DNA of 64,000 nucleotides from Escherichia coli (GTDB lineage Bacteria; Pseudomonadota; Gammaproteobacteria; Enterobacterales; Enterobacteriaceae): NCBI RefSeq assembly GCF_013315695.1, contig NZ_CP054353.1; one strand, 5' to 3'. Shown piece by piece: positions 51,481 to 62,523 of this stretch (position 1 is its first letter; each line of letters starts with the position of its first letter). The notes under the pieces were generated by a model. It saw only the letters and a program-made list of their open reading frames with translations, ran no database searches and was not told where the DNA came from. The position numbers and the translations under genes were made by a program.

Positions 51481-51756
51481 GTGGCTTCCATTTCCATCAG
51501 ATGTCCTTCCTGCTCCGCTACTGAAGGCGTGGTGCGTAACGGCAAAAGCACTGCCGGACATCAGCGCTATCTCTGCTCTCATTGCCGTAAAACATGGCAA
51601 CTACAGTTCACTTATACCGCCTCTCAGCCCGGTAAGCACCAGAAAATCATTGATATGGCCATGAATGGCGTCGGATGTCGCGCCAGTGCACGCATTATGG
51701 GCGTTGGCCTCAACACGGTTTTACGTCACTTAAAAAACTCAGGCCGCAGTCGGTAA
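51481..51756 (+). CDS. insA: IS1 InsA
   Basis: 91 aa with zinc finger CPSCS...CSHC; GTG start. Confidence 0.88.
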   Translation: MASISIRCPSCSATEGVVRNGKSTAGHQRYLCSHCRKTWQLQFTYTASQPGKHQKIIDMAMNGVGCRASARIMGVGLNTVLRHLKNSGRSR

Positions 51757-52164
51757 CCTCGCGCATACAACCGGGCAGTGATGTGATTGTCTGCGCTGAA
51801 ATGGACGAACAGTGGGGCTACGTCGGTGCTAAATCACGTCAGCGCTGGCTGTTTTACGCGTATGACAGGATACGGAGGACGGTTGTGGCGCACGTCTTCG
51901 GTGAACGCACTCTGGCCACACTGGAGCGTCTTCTGAGCCTGCTGTCGGCCTTTGAGGTCGTGGTATTGGCCGCTGTATGAATCACGCCTGAAGGGAAAGC
52001 TGCACGTTATCAGCAAGCGTTACACTCAGCGCATTGAGCGACATAATCTGAATCTGAGACAACATCTGGCAAGGCTGGGACGGAAGTTACTGTCGTTCTC
52101 AAAATCGGTGGAGTTGCATGACAAGGTCATCGGGCATTATCTGAACATAAAACACTATCAGTAA
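51675..52164 (+). pseudogene. insB: IS1 InsB, frameshifted
   Basis: InsB reading frame split between ORFs 51675..51980 and 51952..52164. Confidence 0.7.
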
Positions 52165-52889
52165 GTTGGAGTCATTACCTCCTCCCGAACTCAAAGCTAT
52201 CATACAGATAATTACTGGTTAACCCTATATAGGGCATTTTAAAGTGTTGTGATCTTACCCAGCAATAGTGGACACGCGGCTAAGTGAGTAAACTCTCAGT
52301 CAGAGGTGACTCACAAGACAAAACAGTTTCAACCAGTAAAAAAACGTAAACACCATTCGCATGAATTTCGTAGTTAAGATCTGAAGCTTGCAGAATGCAT
52401 CGGTGTTACTGCCGGAGTCCGTGAACTTAGTCTGCATGAATCACCACAGCTTTACATCTGTCGCAGTAAACAGCAAAATCAGCAAACTTACTTAAGTATA
52501 TCGAGTGCGATTACAATCGCTGGCGATGGTACAGTTGGTGTGGCGGTCTCAGTCCGGAACAATTTGAAAATCAGAATCTCACTTAAAACGGCATCCATTT
52601 TACAAAAGATGGCCGTCTGTGTATTTGTAATGAATACCTTCTACATGTTTAGAGTGCATAATCCACGACAAGGCGATATCCTAAAAATTAGCTAGCAGGC
52701 AACTTTGATGGCATAGATAATGTTTTTAGTAAAAAAGAGTTGACTGAATATAATACAGCCTCTTCCTACATAAGAAGGAATGTGCTCACAAAAAAAAAAC
52801 ATTAGTCTGCTTCCTGTTCTTACAATAATCAGTATTATGTATTTTATTTATATAGCAAAATATGCTTGTTACACCTGTCATAATTAGGC

Positions 52890-53183
52890 ATGGTAAAATT
52901 ATTGACTGAACCCTGGGGGAGAAAGATGCACAGTGATTATTATAATATGGTTTTTGGTGAAAAATTGGCCAATATTTTATATGAAGCTAACTCTCAATTT
53001 TTTTACGAGAGAAATGTCATAGAAGAGGCAGTCAACGCTTTATTCTGTGAGCGTGAAATAATAAACAACAAGAACATAATAAAGAAGCTGATGTTCTTTT
53101 TGTCAGATGTTAATCACACCAAGAAAGATGTTGTTCAGAGCGCACTTAATATTATCATTGACATTACATCAGGTGATATTTGA
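52890..53183 (+). CDS. AT-rich hypothetical small protein
   Basis: 97-aa ORF in an AT-rich, otherwise non-coding stretch; weak support. Confidence 0.25.
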   Translation: MVKLLTEPWGRKMHSDYYNMVFGEKLANILYEANSQFFYERNVIEEAVNALFCEREIINNKNIIKKLMFFLSDVNHTKKDVVQSALNIIIDITSGDI

Positions 53184-53536
53184 GATTTTACATAAAAGAT
53201 AATCTCTCAAGGAGTCTTATCTGAAAACGAAATATATAGTCCCTCTCCTTTTGTAATATCGATTGGCTTTGTTGAATCGGTTACGTACCCCGGAGCCGGT
53301 CATATTTTCAGGTAATACACACGCTTTCAGACATTTCGGCTTTCGTCATTTTGGTATCATGGGCATAGCTTCTGCTACCTGACCATCATAATCACGCAGC
53401 TTCAGTGAAGCAGTGACCACCTGTTTAACCCGGTGTATCGTTATGATCTTATCCAGCAATTGAACCGTCCCGGGTTTCCTGGAGAGTGTTTTATCTGTGA
53501 ACTCAGGCTGCCAGATCATCGTTTCCGATGGAAGCA

Positions 53537-53640
53537 TAATAAGCTTTTTCTGCTTCTGCCGGTGGGATATGGCCCTGCCTTTCCAGCAATCGTCGATTGT
53601 TATACCAGTCCACCCACGTGAGTGTGGTCAGCTCATCATA
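53537..53640 (-). pseudogene. IS3-family transposase C-terminal remnant
   Basis: Minus-strand translation ...YDELTTLTWVDWYNNRRLLERQGHIPPAEAEKAYYA is a typical transposase C-terminus with nothing upstream. Confidence 0.45.
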
Positions 53641-53915
53641 CTGACACGTGCATTACCCCTACCGCGATAATGCAACCGTACAATATAGGGCGTTTCCTAA
53701 ACGCAGCCCTCATCACTCCAATCCAACAAGACACAGCATTTTTGATCACGAAGAAAGACAAATAATTTCCGTAAATGTTTCCGTTGTTACAAATAACAAC
53801 AGTGTTTTACATTTCTTTGGCCTCAGGCCCGCGCATGTTGCCATTCGATGTCATTTTCCTGACTCGTTTCTTCTTTATGGTGTAGTGTGATCTTCACTTT
53901 ATGGATGCTAACAAT

Positions 53916-55274
53916 ATGAAAAGAAAAATTATTCCCGTGCTAATCGGTTGTACGCTCTCTTTCTCTGCCCTGGCGGCACAACCTACGGCTGAGCGCTATG
54001 TCGTCAGTTTTCCAGAAGGCACGCACGTGAACTACGCCGGCGCATTTGCCAGTGCATTCCCGAACGGCCTTCCGGTTGGGATAGGTTCTGGCCTGCTGTT
54101 CACCGGTAAACAGGGCGATGCCCTGACATTCGCAACCATTACCGATCGCGGTCCGAACGCGGATTCACCGAAAGAGGGGAAAAACGAAACTAAAATTTTC
54201 GTTACGCCAGATTTCGCGCCGCTGCTGATGACGATTCGTGTACAAAACGGCAAAGCGGAGGCCATCGATCCCCGTCCTCTGCATGACGATAAAGGCGCGA
54301 TCAACGGTCTGCCGCTGGCAAGCGACGTGATTGGCTCCACCAATGAAGTGGCCTTCAGCGACACGTTACATAGACTGAAGGGGGATAATCGCGGGCTGGA
54401 TACGGAAGGGATCACTCCGGATGGTAAAGGAGGTTACTGGCTGTGCGATGAGTATGGCCCGTTCCTGATTAACATCGACAGTAAAGGGAAAATCCTGGCA
54501 ATCCACGGTCCGCAGGCGGCGGAAGGGGAAAAAGCGATTGCGGGCGGTTTGCCAAATATCCTCAAATGGCGTCAGGCGAACCGCGGCTTTGAAGGCCTCA
54601 CCCGTATGCCGGACGGGCGTATTATTGTCGCCGTGCAAAGTACGCTGGATATCGACGCTAAGAGCAAGAAAAAGGCGCTGTTTACGCGTCTGGTGAGCTT
54701 CGATCCGGCAAGCGGAAAAACCGCGATGTACGGTTATCCTATCGACAGCGCGGCCTACAGCAAAAACAGCGACGCTAAAATCGGAGACATCGTGGCGCTC
54801 GATAACCAGCACATCCTGCTGATCGAACAGGGAAGAGATAAAAACAACAGAATGCGTAACCTGATTTACGAGGTCGATCTCAATAAGGCGAGCGACCTGT
54901 CAGGCTTCGACAAGCCGGGTGAGTATCCGGAGTTTGATGATGAGAAAACCCTGTCACAGCGCGGCATTACCCTTGCGCAGAAAACGCAGGTTGTTGATCT
55001 GCGCTCCTTGGGCTGGCAGCAGGAGAAGGCTGAAGGGTTGGCGCTGATCGACAGCAAAACGCTGGCGGTGGCGAACGATAACGACTTTGGCGTGAAGGTG
55101 GCGATGCAACATCCGGTCGAGGGCAAGACATTCAAGGATTATCGGGTGAACGCGGAAGGAAAGCTGACGCTTGACGACAAGCAGGTTGAAACGACCCTCA
55201 GAGTGAAGCCACTGGAGAAACCGGAGTCTGACAGTGAACTGTGGATTGTGACGCTGCCGGAAGCGTTGAAATAA
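53916..55274 (+). CDS. secreted phytase-like / esterase-like protein
   Basis: Signal peptide MKRKIIPVLIGCTLSFSALAA then a large soluble domain; family assignment from memory. Confidence 0.5.
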   Translation: MKRKIIPVLIGCTLSFSALAAQPTAERYVVSFPEGTHVNYAGAFASAFPNGLPVGIGSGLLFTGKQGDALTFATITDRGPNADSPKEGKNETKIFVTPDFAPLLMTIRVQNGKAEAIDPRPLHDDKGAINGLPLASDVIGSTNEVAFSDTLHRLKGDNRGLDTEGITPDGKGGYWLCDEYGPFLINIDSKGKILAIHGPQAAEGEKAIAGGLPNILKWRQANRGFEGLTRMPDGRIIVAVQSTLDIDAKSKKKALFTRLVSFDPASGKTAMYGYPIDSAAYSKNSDAKIGDIVALDNQHILLIEQGRDKNNRMRNLIYEVDLNKASDLSGFDKPGEYPEFDDEKTLSQRGITLAQKTQVVDLRSLGWQQEKAEGLALIDSKTLAVANDNDFGVKVAMQHPVEGKTFKDYRVNAEGKLTLDDKQVETTLRVKPLEKPESDSELWIVTLPEALK

Positions 55275-55512
55275 GTTTATAAGGTACGGACAGCAGTATC
55301 GCTTAGTTTTTCAAATTCATGTATGTGAACAATATTGGGGTTCCGGCGTAGACCCCCAATGAAAGCGTCACCACGTGAAAACATGCCTGCACGGTTTACA
55401 CGTCATCCCATGGTGGCAGCCGGTTAACTTTCCTGCGTCACCAGTGGAAAAAGGCCATAAGCAGTCCGAACAAAAGTAAGCGTACAGCGAGGGCCGTATT
55501 GACGGGGATGTG

Positions 55513-56898
55513 TTATTCAGCTGGCAGTGCTATGCGCCACGGAAGCAGTTCGCTGACCCGGTTGACCGGCCAGTCTGCTATGACGCCAAGCACATGGCGA
55601 AGGTAGCTTTCTGGATCCACGTCATTCAGTTTGCACGTCCCGATCAGGCTGTACAGTAGCGCTCCCCGCTCACCACCATGGCCAGAGCCGAAGAACAGGG
55701 TCTTCATCTTTTCACGCAACCAGCTTTCCAGGGATTTCAACAGCGGTTTCGTTTTTCGCTGACGTTCAGCAAGCCGCTGCTCTGCCGGCATTCCCCTTAT
55801 ATCCGCCTCTATGGCGTACAACTGACCGATCTGCTCCAGGGCTTCTTCCGTCAGTGCTGACGGGATGCGGACGTGCACATCGTGGATCTTTCGGCGGGCA
55901 TGAGCCCAGCAGGCAGCTTCCGTTATCCCACCATTGCGATACAGCTCGTTGAACCCGGCGTACGCATCCGCTTGCAGCACACCGCTGAAGCAAGCAAGAT
56001 GAGTCTGCGGATGGATGCCTTTTCTGTCCGGGCTGTAAGCGAACCACACTGCAGGTGCCAACGCTGACCCGGCATTGCGGTCATCACGAACATACGCCCA
56101 CAACCGCCCGGTCTTCGTCTTCTTATTACCCGGCAGCAGTACCTGGACCGGGGTATCATCGGCATGGAGTTTGCAGTCAGTCATGACATAGCCATGAAGC
56201 GCCTCTTCCAGCGGAGACAGCAGCCGGCAGCATGCATCCACCCAGCCCGACAGCAGTGAACGGCTCAGCTCCACACCTTGCCGGCCGTATATTTCTGACT
56301 GGCGATACAGCGGGGTGTGCTCTGCATACTTCGAGGTCAGCACGCGGGCCAGCAGCCCCGGTCCGGCGATACCCCGCTCGATGGGCCGCGAAGGTGCAGG
56401 TGCCTGCACGATGGCATCGCACTGAGTACAGGCATGTTTTTCCCGTACCGTCCGGATAACCCGGAAGGCGCTACGCATCAACTCCAGCTGTTCGGCGGTA
56501 TCCTCGCCCAGATAGCTCAGTGAACCGCCGCAGTTCGGGCAGCACGGCGCCGCAGGCAACAGTCGCTTTTCGTCACGGGGTAGTGATTCAGGGAACGGCT
56601 TACGGGTGCGGGTCTGACGCAACGGACGCTGTACTGCCGGGTCATACACCCTACCAGTCAGCGTATCGCTCTCTTTCTGAAGCCGGTTCAGATCGGCTTC
56701 CATTTGTGCGATACGGCGGGAGACTTTTTCGGAACGACTGCCGAAGTTCATCCGGCGGAGTTTATCCAGCTGCGCCTGCAGATGGTCTATTTCGCGCTCC
56801 CGGTTGCTCAGCTTTTCCTGCAGGGCGTGGATCAGCGCTTCCTGTTCGGCCAGGCGCTGTTTCAGCAGGAAGATGTCGTCAGAAGAGATGTCGTTCAT
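55513..56898 (-). CDS. IS66-family transposase TnpC
   Basis: 461 aa; shares the coiled-coil N-terminus, CxxC pair and [24 protein letters not shown] motif with the IS66 TnpC at 28685. Confidence 0.88.
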   Translation of the reverse strand: MNDISSDDIFLLKQRLAEQEALIHALQEKLSNREREIDHLQAQLDKLRRMNFGSRSEKVSRRIAQMEADLNRLQKESDTLTGRVYDPAVQRPLRQTRTRKPFPESLPRDEKRLLPAAPCCPNCGGSLSYLGEDTAEQLELMRSAFRVIRTVREKHACTQCDAIVQAPAPSRPIERGIAGPGLLARVLTSKYAEHTPLYRQSEIYGRQGVELSRSLLSGWVDACCRLLSPLEEALHGYVMTDCKLHADDTPVQVLLPGNKKTKTGRLWAYVRDDRNAGSALAPAVWFAYSPDRKGIHPQTHLACFSGVLQADAYAGFNELYRNGGITEAACWAHARRKIHDVHVRIPSALTEEALEQIGQLYAIEADIRGMPAEQRLAERQRKTKPLLKSLESWLREKMKTLFFGSGHGGERGALLYSLIGTCKLNDVDPESYLRHVLGVIADWPVNRVSELLPWRIALPAE

Positions 56899-56947
56899 AA
56901 GCCCGTATTTTACCGGGCTTATTCTGTGACAACCAGGATAAAGAGAT

Positions 56948-57295
56948 TTACAGCATGGTCAGGGAGGTCAGCAGCCGCTTGGGCTGTCGCCAGTCGATAC
57001 CTTCCAGCAGCATCGCCAGCTGCGCCTGCGTAAGGAACACTTTGCCATCACGGGCTGACGGCCAGGCGAAGCGCCCACGCTCCAGCCGTTTGGTCAGGAG
57101 GCACAGTCCGTCACCGGTGGACCACAGCAGTTTAACCTGACTGCCGCTGCGGCCCCGGAAAATGAAAACATGGCCGGACATGGGATCGTCTTTCAGCGCC
57201 GTTTGTACTTTCGCAGCCAGGCCGTTGAAGCCATTTCTCATATCGGTGATACCGGCAACCAGCCAAATTTTGGTCCCGGAAGGTAACGGGATCAT
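56948..57295 (-). CDS. IS66-family TnpB
   Basis: 115 aa homologous to the fragment at 28373-28654. Confidence 0.85.
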   Translation of the reverse strand: MIPLPSGTKIWLVAGITDMRNGFNGLAAKVQTALKDDPMSGHVFIFRGRSGSQVKLLWSTGDGLCLLTKRLERGRFAWPSARDGKVFLTQAQLAMLLEGIDWRQPKRLLTSLTML

Positions 57296-57672
57296 CGCTT
57301 CAGTTCCTGTATCAGCAGAGTCAGGAGCTTTTCGCTGACATTGCCATTGAAGCGGAGCGTCCCGTGCCGGAACGTTACCTCACAGCTGATACTGAGGGTT
57401 TCCGGGTCCTCTGCGAGCGATTCTGGCTGTTCGGCAGCTGCATCGAGAGTCACAGGAAGTAGCTGGGGGCTCTCTGAAGAAGGTAATAGCAGCTTTCCCT
57501 CGCGCCATTGTTGTCGCCATTTGAACAACAGATTGGCGTTAATGCCATTTTCAAGAGCAAGTTTTGAGATGGATATCCCGGGTTCACAGGAGGCAGCAAC
57601 GAGCAGCTGTTTAAATTCGGGAGGATAATTAGGGCAGCCTTTTCGCCTGCCGGGAGTCACATTTTTCTGCAT
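57292..57672 (-). CDS. IS66-family TnpA
   Basis: Small HTH protein overlapping tnpB start; start codon uncertain (alternative at 57693). Confidence 0.7.
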   Translation of the reverse strand: MQKNVTPGRRKGCPNYPPEFKQLLVAASCEPGISISKLALENGINANLLFKWRQQWREGKLLLPSSESPQLLPVTLDAAAEQPESLAEDPETLSISCEVTFRHGTLRFNGNVSEKLLTLLIQELKR

Positions 57673-58027
57673 ATCTGACACTTTGGTTCCCACTACTTAT
57701 TTGGTGGACACCACTTTGTCTAATTCGTCAGATTCTGACCAGACGGTTCAGGCTGTACGCTTACCACTATTTTATCCCTGTTGAATTTGGTTAAGCCGGT
57801 GCAGACGCGCCGGGAAACGCACACCTGAACCGGCACAATAAAATACAATACAACCCCCCTGTTACTGGAGATACGAATGGAATGACGAGGCAGCCTGTCA
57901 GTCACAGGGGGCTGTTGGCATAAAATCAATGGAAAGGCCACCAACACCGGAATTAAGCTCCACAGTCCCCGCACTGGCAATCCATTCCCGGGAAAGGCAT
58001 CACCGCAAACTGCTCCGGAGGCAACCA

Positions 58028-58549
58028 TTACAGCCTCTGTAACGGATTATCAGCCCTGGCATCTTCCGACGGCACCTCCTGCCGCCCCCACGCCCTGCTG
58101 TATACCCCGGTACCGCAGCGTGGGCAGCACTTTTCCCCCTCATAATCTTCGTCACACATCACACAAAACCACTTTCTCACCTTCACCGTATAATCCGGAA
58201 CCGTCATGCCCTGCAGATGCAAACGACGGGCCTCTTTCTCTGCCGGGTCAAGCCAGGTACATCGCAGCAGGATTTTTTCAGCGACAGTCATCTGGTCATG
58301 TTCAAACCACGGTGGTTGTCCGTCATTGCCCCGCTGAAGTGTTAACGGGCATCCACAGGACACACAGCACAAAACGTCCTGTCGGTTGTGCTTCGCAGCT
58401 TCTTTCGCCGTAACAAAATGGCCTTTGCTGTCATTCGCCATATAACAGTTCAGAATTCGCATATTTCCTCCTGAGTTGTCCGGGGAATACTGAATCCTCC
58501 GGTCTGGCAGTGTGTGCAGTACTGCTCCCCATAATAATCGTGGTGACAT
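58028..58549 (-). CDS. Cys-rich putative zinc-ribbon protein (paralog 1)
   Basis: CVSCGC, PPWFEH and C-terminal CVMCDEDYEGEKCCPRC motifs. Confidence 0.5.
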   Translation of the reverse strand: MSPRLLWGAVLHTLPDRRIQYSPDNSGGNMRILNCYMANDSKGHFVTAKEAAKHNRQDVLCCVSCGCPLTLQRGNDGQPPWFEHDQMTVAEKILLRCTWLDPAEKEARRLHLQGMTVPDYTVKVRKWFCVMCDEDYEGEKCCPRCGTGVYSRAWGRQEVPSEDARADNPLQRL

Positions 58550-58857
58550 TGTCTGCAGTGCCAGCTGGCTTTACGCACCACGGGTAAGGCATCCGGTACG
58601 AATTGCTGCAGACGTTTAATCAACTGTATTTCTCTGCGCTCCGGCCTGACATAAGGGCACTGTTGACCGTGCTCTGTCAGCCTGTCGTCAGTGTGTTCAA
58701 ACCAGGGAAGTTCAGTGTCGTATTGCGGATGGTATCTGAGTGCACTGCCACACAAGTGGCAGGTGTAGTGAGCATAAGGTGCGGCCTGTGCAGTACGGGC
58801 GCCCGTCAGACGTCCGTTGCCATCAAGAGCGATAAAGGATTTTGCGTACATAGTCAT
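58450..58857 (-). CDS. Cys-rich putative zinc-ribbon protein (paralog 2)
   Basis: CHLCGS, LPWFEH and CRQCHHDYYGEQYCTHC motifs parallel to paralog 1; 3-prime end overlaps paralog 1. Confidence 0.5.
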   Translation of the reverse strand: MTMYAKSFIALDGNGRLTGARTAQAAPYAHYTCHLCGSALRYHPQYDTELPWFEHTDDRLTEHGQQCPYVRPERREIQLIKRLQQFVPDALPVVRKASWHCRQCHHDYYGEQYCTHCQTGGFSIPRTTQEEICEF

Positions 58858-59110
58858 ATTCCTTAGCCGCCAGACGACACGCAGGCAACAGCCGTCCCGG
58901 TACGGGCAGCGTGGTCAGGGTGTGAATGGCGGTTCAGTTAAAATCTGGACTGGAGTTTGGGTAAAGCAGGCTGGTTGCTGTTACAGCACTGTGGTTGTCA
59001 CACAATGGAACACTGACGTAAAAAACAGTCAGTGGGCGAGTGGATACATCGTTGCCGCCAGACAACAACCCATACTTTTGGTTTGCCGGATATTGGCGCG
59101 CCAGTCGTGC

Positions 59111-59680
59111 TCAACTCCGGCTACAGCCAAAATTGCGCTCACCGGTGCAGTGAGCTTTGGTATACTCCTTCGCCAGATAGTCAGCACGTTCCAGCACTTG
59201 CTGAAAGCCGGTGTCATCATTACGCGCCAGCCACACCGCCGGCCAGGCCGGAAAATGCACCAGCGTGGCATGGCACCCGACATCCACTCCCAGGGCACTG
59301 CACCACGCCTGTTTAATCATCCCGGCCAGAGACTCCGGAGCGCGGTAATCACCGGCACGACACCAGGTATCCCGGTTGACCAGCAGCATCAGGTGATAGT
59401 GTTTTTTACCTTTGCACTCCCCAAACTCCCGGGCCCAGACGTAATGCAGGGTTGTGGGATGCACGCGTTTACCTTCCCGATGCTTACGTTTCTGGTAAGC
59501 GTCGATTCGGGCTTTCAGGGCATTGATGAAGCGGGATATCACAGCTGCGTCCGTTGCTGCCGGTACATCCGGGAAACGCAGGTCAACCCGCAATGCCGTC
59601 AGGCGGGGATGAACATTCAGTGCGTGCCGCACCGTCTCACGAATACGTTGCTGCCAGAAGGGGTTGTATTTGTAGGTCAT
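59111..59680 (-). CDS. inovirus Gp2-family protein (YagK/YfjJ-like)
   Basis: MTYKYNPFWQQRIRETV ... LRVDLRFPD N-terminus typical of the YagK/YfjJ family of CP4-like elements. Confidence 0.6.
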   Translation of the reverse strand: MTYKYNPFWQQRIRETVRHALNVHPRLTALRVDLRFPDVPAATDAAVISRFINALKARIDAYQKRKHREGKRVHPTTLHYVWAREFGECKGKKHYHLMLLVNRDTWCRAGDYRAPESLAGMIKQAWCSALGVDVGCHATLVHFPAWPAVWLARNDDTGFQQVLERADYLAKEYTKAHCTGERNFGCSRS

Positions 59681-59876
59681 GGTTAAATCTCCGTATGGTT
59701 CATACGGAATAGCCACGTCGTAAAAAATGCGCAGAGTCCCTGAAGTGACCTCCGGCAGGACACTGTCTCAGGCACTCTGTGATAACCCTAACGGTCGTCT
59801 CCGGACTGACGGTTGAATTTTCAGCGTTGTTTTTTTAATGTAAAAAATCGGTTACGGGTAAGGCTGTGAGGAGGGA

Positions 59877-60080
59877 GTGATGGTGATACGCAAAAAGAAG
59901 TGCAGGGACTGTGGAAACGCGATTACTCATAATACAGTGTGTTGCCCGTATTGTGGTTCTGTCGACCCCTTCGGCTACTACCGAAATACAGACCGTATCG
60001 TTACCATACTGCTGGCGCTGATTATTGTGGTCCTGCTGACTACTGTCAGCGTCAGTGTGTGTATACTGTGTAGCTGGTGA
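59877..60080 (+). CDS. small zinc-ribbon protein with C-terminal transmembrane helix
   Basis: CRDCGN...CPYCGS pairs followed by hydrophobic ILLALIIVVLLTTVSVSV. Confidence 0.4.
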   Translation: MMVIRKKKCRDCGNAITHNTVCCPYCGSVDPFGYYRNTDRIVTILLALIIVVLLTTVSVSVCILCSW

Positions 60081-61298
60081 GATAACGGTTCATGTATCCC
60101 CTGAGCTGACAGTGTACCGTGTATATTAAGCGTAACCGACAGGTTCTCCTTCATACCATATTAAATTTTTCCAGGTATTGCCGCTGCCTTATTTCGTCCC
60201 ATAAAGGAAAACTCATCTGGGTTTCTGACAAATACGCGAAACTCACAGCCCCTCAATATCAACCACACGTTGTAAGCCGGTAATACCTGAAAATCAGCCT
60301 ATTACCGCCCACGCCTCCGGCACCATTCCCTTTTGATTTCGAATTCTTTGTTGTCGCTATACCGCTTAATGTTCCCGGTCCTCCGGTGCAGATAACACCG
60401 GACTTATCGTAGCGCTGGCTAAAAGTTCAGGTGACCAGAAGGAAGCAGGAACACGATCGTAAAGTTTGCGGTCAGTTCCGTCAGTCGGTGGGCAACCGCA
60501 GAGTTACGGGCTTCCAGGTCCACAGGAGTGAGTCTATAACGCGTGTGAAAAATCATTTTTTCTGGCGTTGACAGAACACATTACAGGCTGCCACTTACCC
60601 GGTGTCCCGCAATACAGCCTTAGTGTTCCGTTATCGGGGATCCGGACGCACCGCAACAACCGGGGAAGTATTTCTGGTTTAGAGCTGTGTCAAGAGGGAT
60701 TTCTCAGCCCCTCACTCACCGGCTCAGTCTCAGAGCAGGAGCATTAATACGCTCAGTTCATGTCTTATACAGGAATTGGCACAGGGGGAGCTGGCGTGTC
60801 ACTGCTGATTTTACGCATCAGCGTTCATGTATTTGCACTCTGATACAGAATGCTTCACAGCGCTCTGTTACCGGAGAGATTTACTCTCTTAGCTTACTCT
60901 GGCAAATCCTTTACGTTACTCTCTGATGACTTCTTATATTTATAATACCAATCAGACAGCCTTATCCCATCGGTGATATCAGTCTCCTCCTCGCCAGGAA
61001 CGGGCTGACTCACTGTAACCACCTCCGAAAACAACTCTGCAATTATCAGAACGCTAGTTTTCCCCTTGTCTCACGAAAGTCCTCCCTCCTTTATCGCGCG
61101 TGCGTGCGGAAGCATCTTTTCGCAACAACCACCCGGGATTCCGCTACGGCTCTGCCATCGCAATCCCCCCGTTTATCTCCGGACAGCCACATTCCCGATT
61201 ATTTTTTACGTTTCTCCCCGGTTGTTATGCCAGTGAAGGTGGCGCGCTGTTTTCATGACCACACCGGCTGGTTTAACAACATCCGGAGGAACATTCTC

Positions 61299-61505
61299 AT
61301 GGCTACCCCTGTTTCGCTGATGGATGACCAGATGGTCGACATGGCGTTTATCACTCAACTTACCGGCTTAACCGATAAGTGGTTTTACAAACTCATCAAA
61401 GATGGGGGCTTTCCTGCCCCCATCAAAATGGAGCGCAGCTCCCGCTGGCTGAAAAGTGAAGTGGAAGCCTGGCTGCAGGCGCGTATTGCACAGTCCCGTC
61501 CGTAA
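61299..61505 (+). CDS. alpA: AlpA-family phage regulatory protein (excisionase-like HTH)
   Basis: 68 aa MATPVSLMDDQMVDMAFITQLTGLTDKWFYKLIKDGGFPAPIK, MerR-like HTH typical of AlpA. Confidence 0.8.
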   Translation: MATPVSLMDDQMVDMAFITQLTGLTDKWFYKLIKDGGFPAPIKMERSSRWLKSEVEAWLQARIAQSRP

Positions 61506-61584
61506 TTTCTGACCGTTATCCGTTCACCCGCAGCAGACGTAATCTCCGGCCTGCCGGCGGCATTCTGCTGCCTGTTATATCCCC

Positions 61585-62202
61585 GTGAGGAATATGAAAA
61601 TGAAACAACAGTATCAGACCCGCTACGAATGGCTCCACGAAAGCTACCAGAAATGGCTGACCGGCTTCACCCGGCACGCCGTATCCTGGGGCGTGTGTCA
61701 TCCGAATATCTACTACTTCCATAATCTGACGCCCGGTTGGGTGTCATTCAATGGTGAAAAACCGGAGATTGCCATCGTACCCCAGAGCCTGCACCGGCTG
61801 ATTTATGGCCCTGACAAACGGGCCACACCGCCCCTGGATGATGATCTGATAGTGAATTTATGCACCAGTGAACATCTGCTGGTTCATCATCCGATGCTGG
61901 AAGGCATTCTCCTGTCTGAATGTGAACGTCTGAGGCAGCGTTCTCTGGCAAATAAACTGATCAGCCTCTTCCGTCAGTTTGGTGGCACGGAGTTGCGCCT
62001 CAAACTGGTCTGGCTTTGCTGGCTTGATTTAATGACCGGAAACTGCCTTGACGACTGGACGGAGAATCTGAAACGGAAATCAGAAAAAGAGCTGGAGGAA
62101 TGGATCATCAACCGTCAGAAGCAGAGCGCAGCACTGACGGATCTGATGGATCAGTACGTGCTCCTGTCATACCGCACAACGGTTGACGATAAGCGCACCT
62201 GA
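61585..62202 (+). CDS. hypothetical protein downstream of alpA
   Basis: 205-aa ORF with RBS-like GAGGAA upstream; no recognised motif. Confidence 0.45.
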   Translation: MRNMKMKQQYQTRYEWLHESYQKWLTGFTRHAVSWGVCHPNIYYFHNLTPGWVSFNGEKPEIAIVPQSLHRLIYGPDKRATPPLDDDLIVNLCTSEHLLVHHPMLEGILLSECERLRQRSLANKLISLFRQFGGTELRLKLVWLCWLDLMTGNCLDDWTENLKRKSEKELEEWIINRQKQSAALTDLMDQYVLLSYRTTVDDKRT

Positions 62203-62523
62203 TGCCAGTTGTTTCAGGGAAGCTGGTATCCGGGCAGGGTGCCAGGGCTGACTGAACGGCCTGTCTGCCTGCCGTTTCGCTCTCCGTGCGTTCTGTCACA
62301 CGCTGCACCTGAACGCCGGACTGCGGGCACGCAGACAGGAAAGTCGCAGGCTGGAACTTCTGACCGGCGGGTATCAGTTATATGCCTGTTGATTCATCAC
62401 CACCACGCAGCTCCTGAGCTTTAGTTCATCACCGATATTCATACATCTGAATATCGGTGATGAAATCCCCATAATAATCAATCATCTAAGTCTGAAGCAT
62501 AATGGGGAAAAACTGCTCACCGG

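Larger units (their letters stand above)
51426..52179 (+). mobile_element. IS1 copy with defective insB
   Basis: Terminal IRs ggtaatgctgccaacttactg and cagtaagttggagtcattacc; insA intact, insB frame broken; about 754 bp versus the 768 bp I recall for canonical IS1. Confidence 0.8.
55476..57764 (-). mobile_element. IS66-family insertion sequence with tnpA-tnpB-tnpC
   Basis: 13-bp terminal IRs gtaagcgtacagc at both ends; three co-oriented ORFs. Confidence 0.85.
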
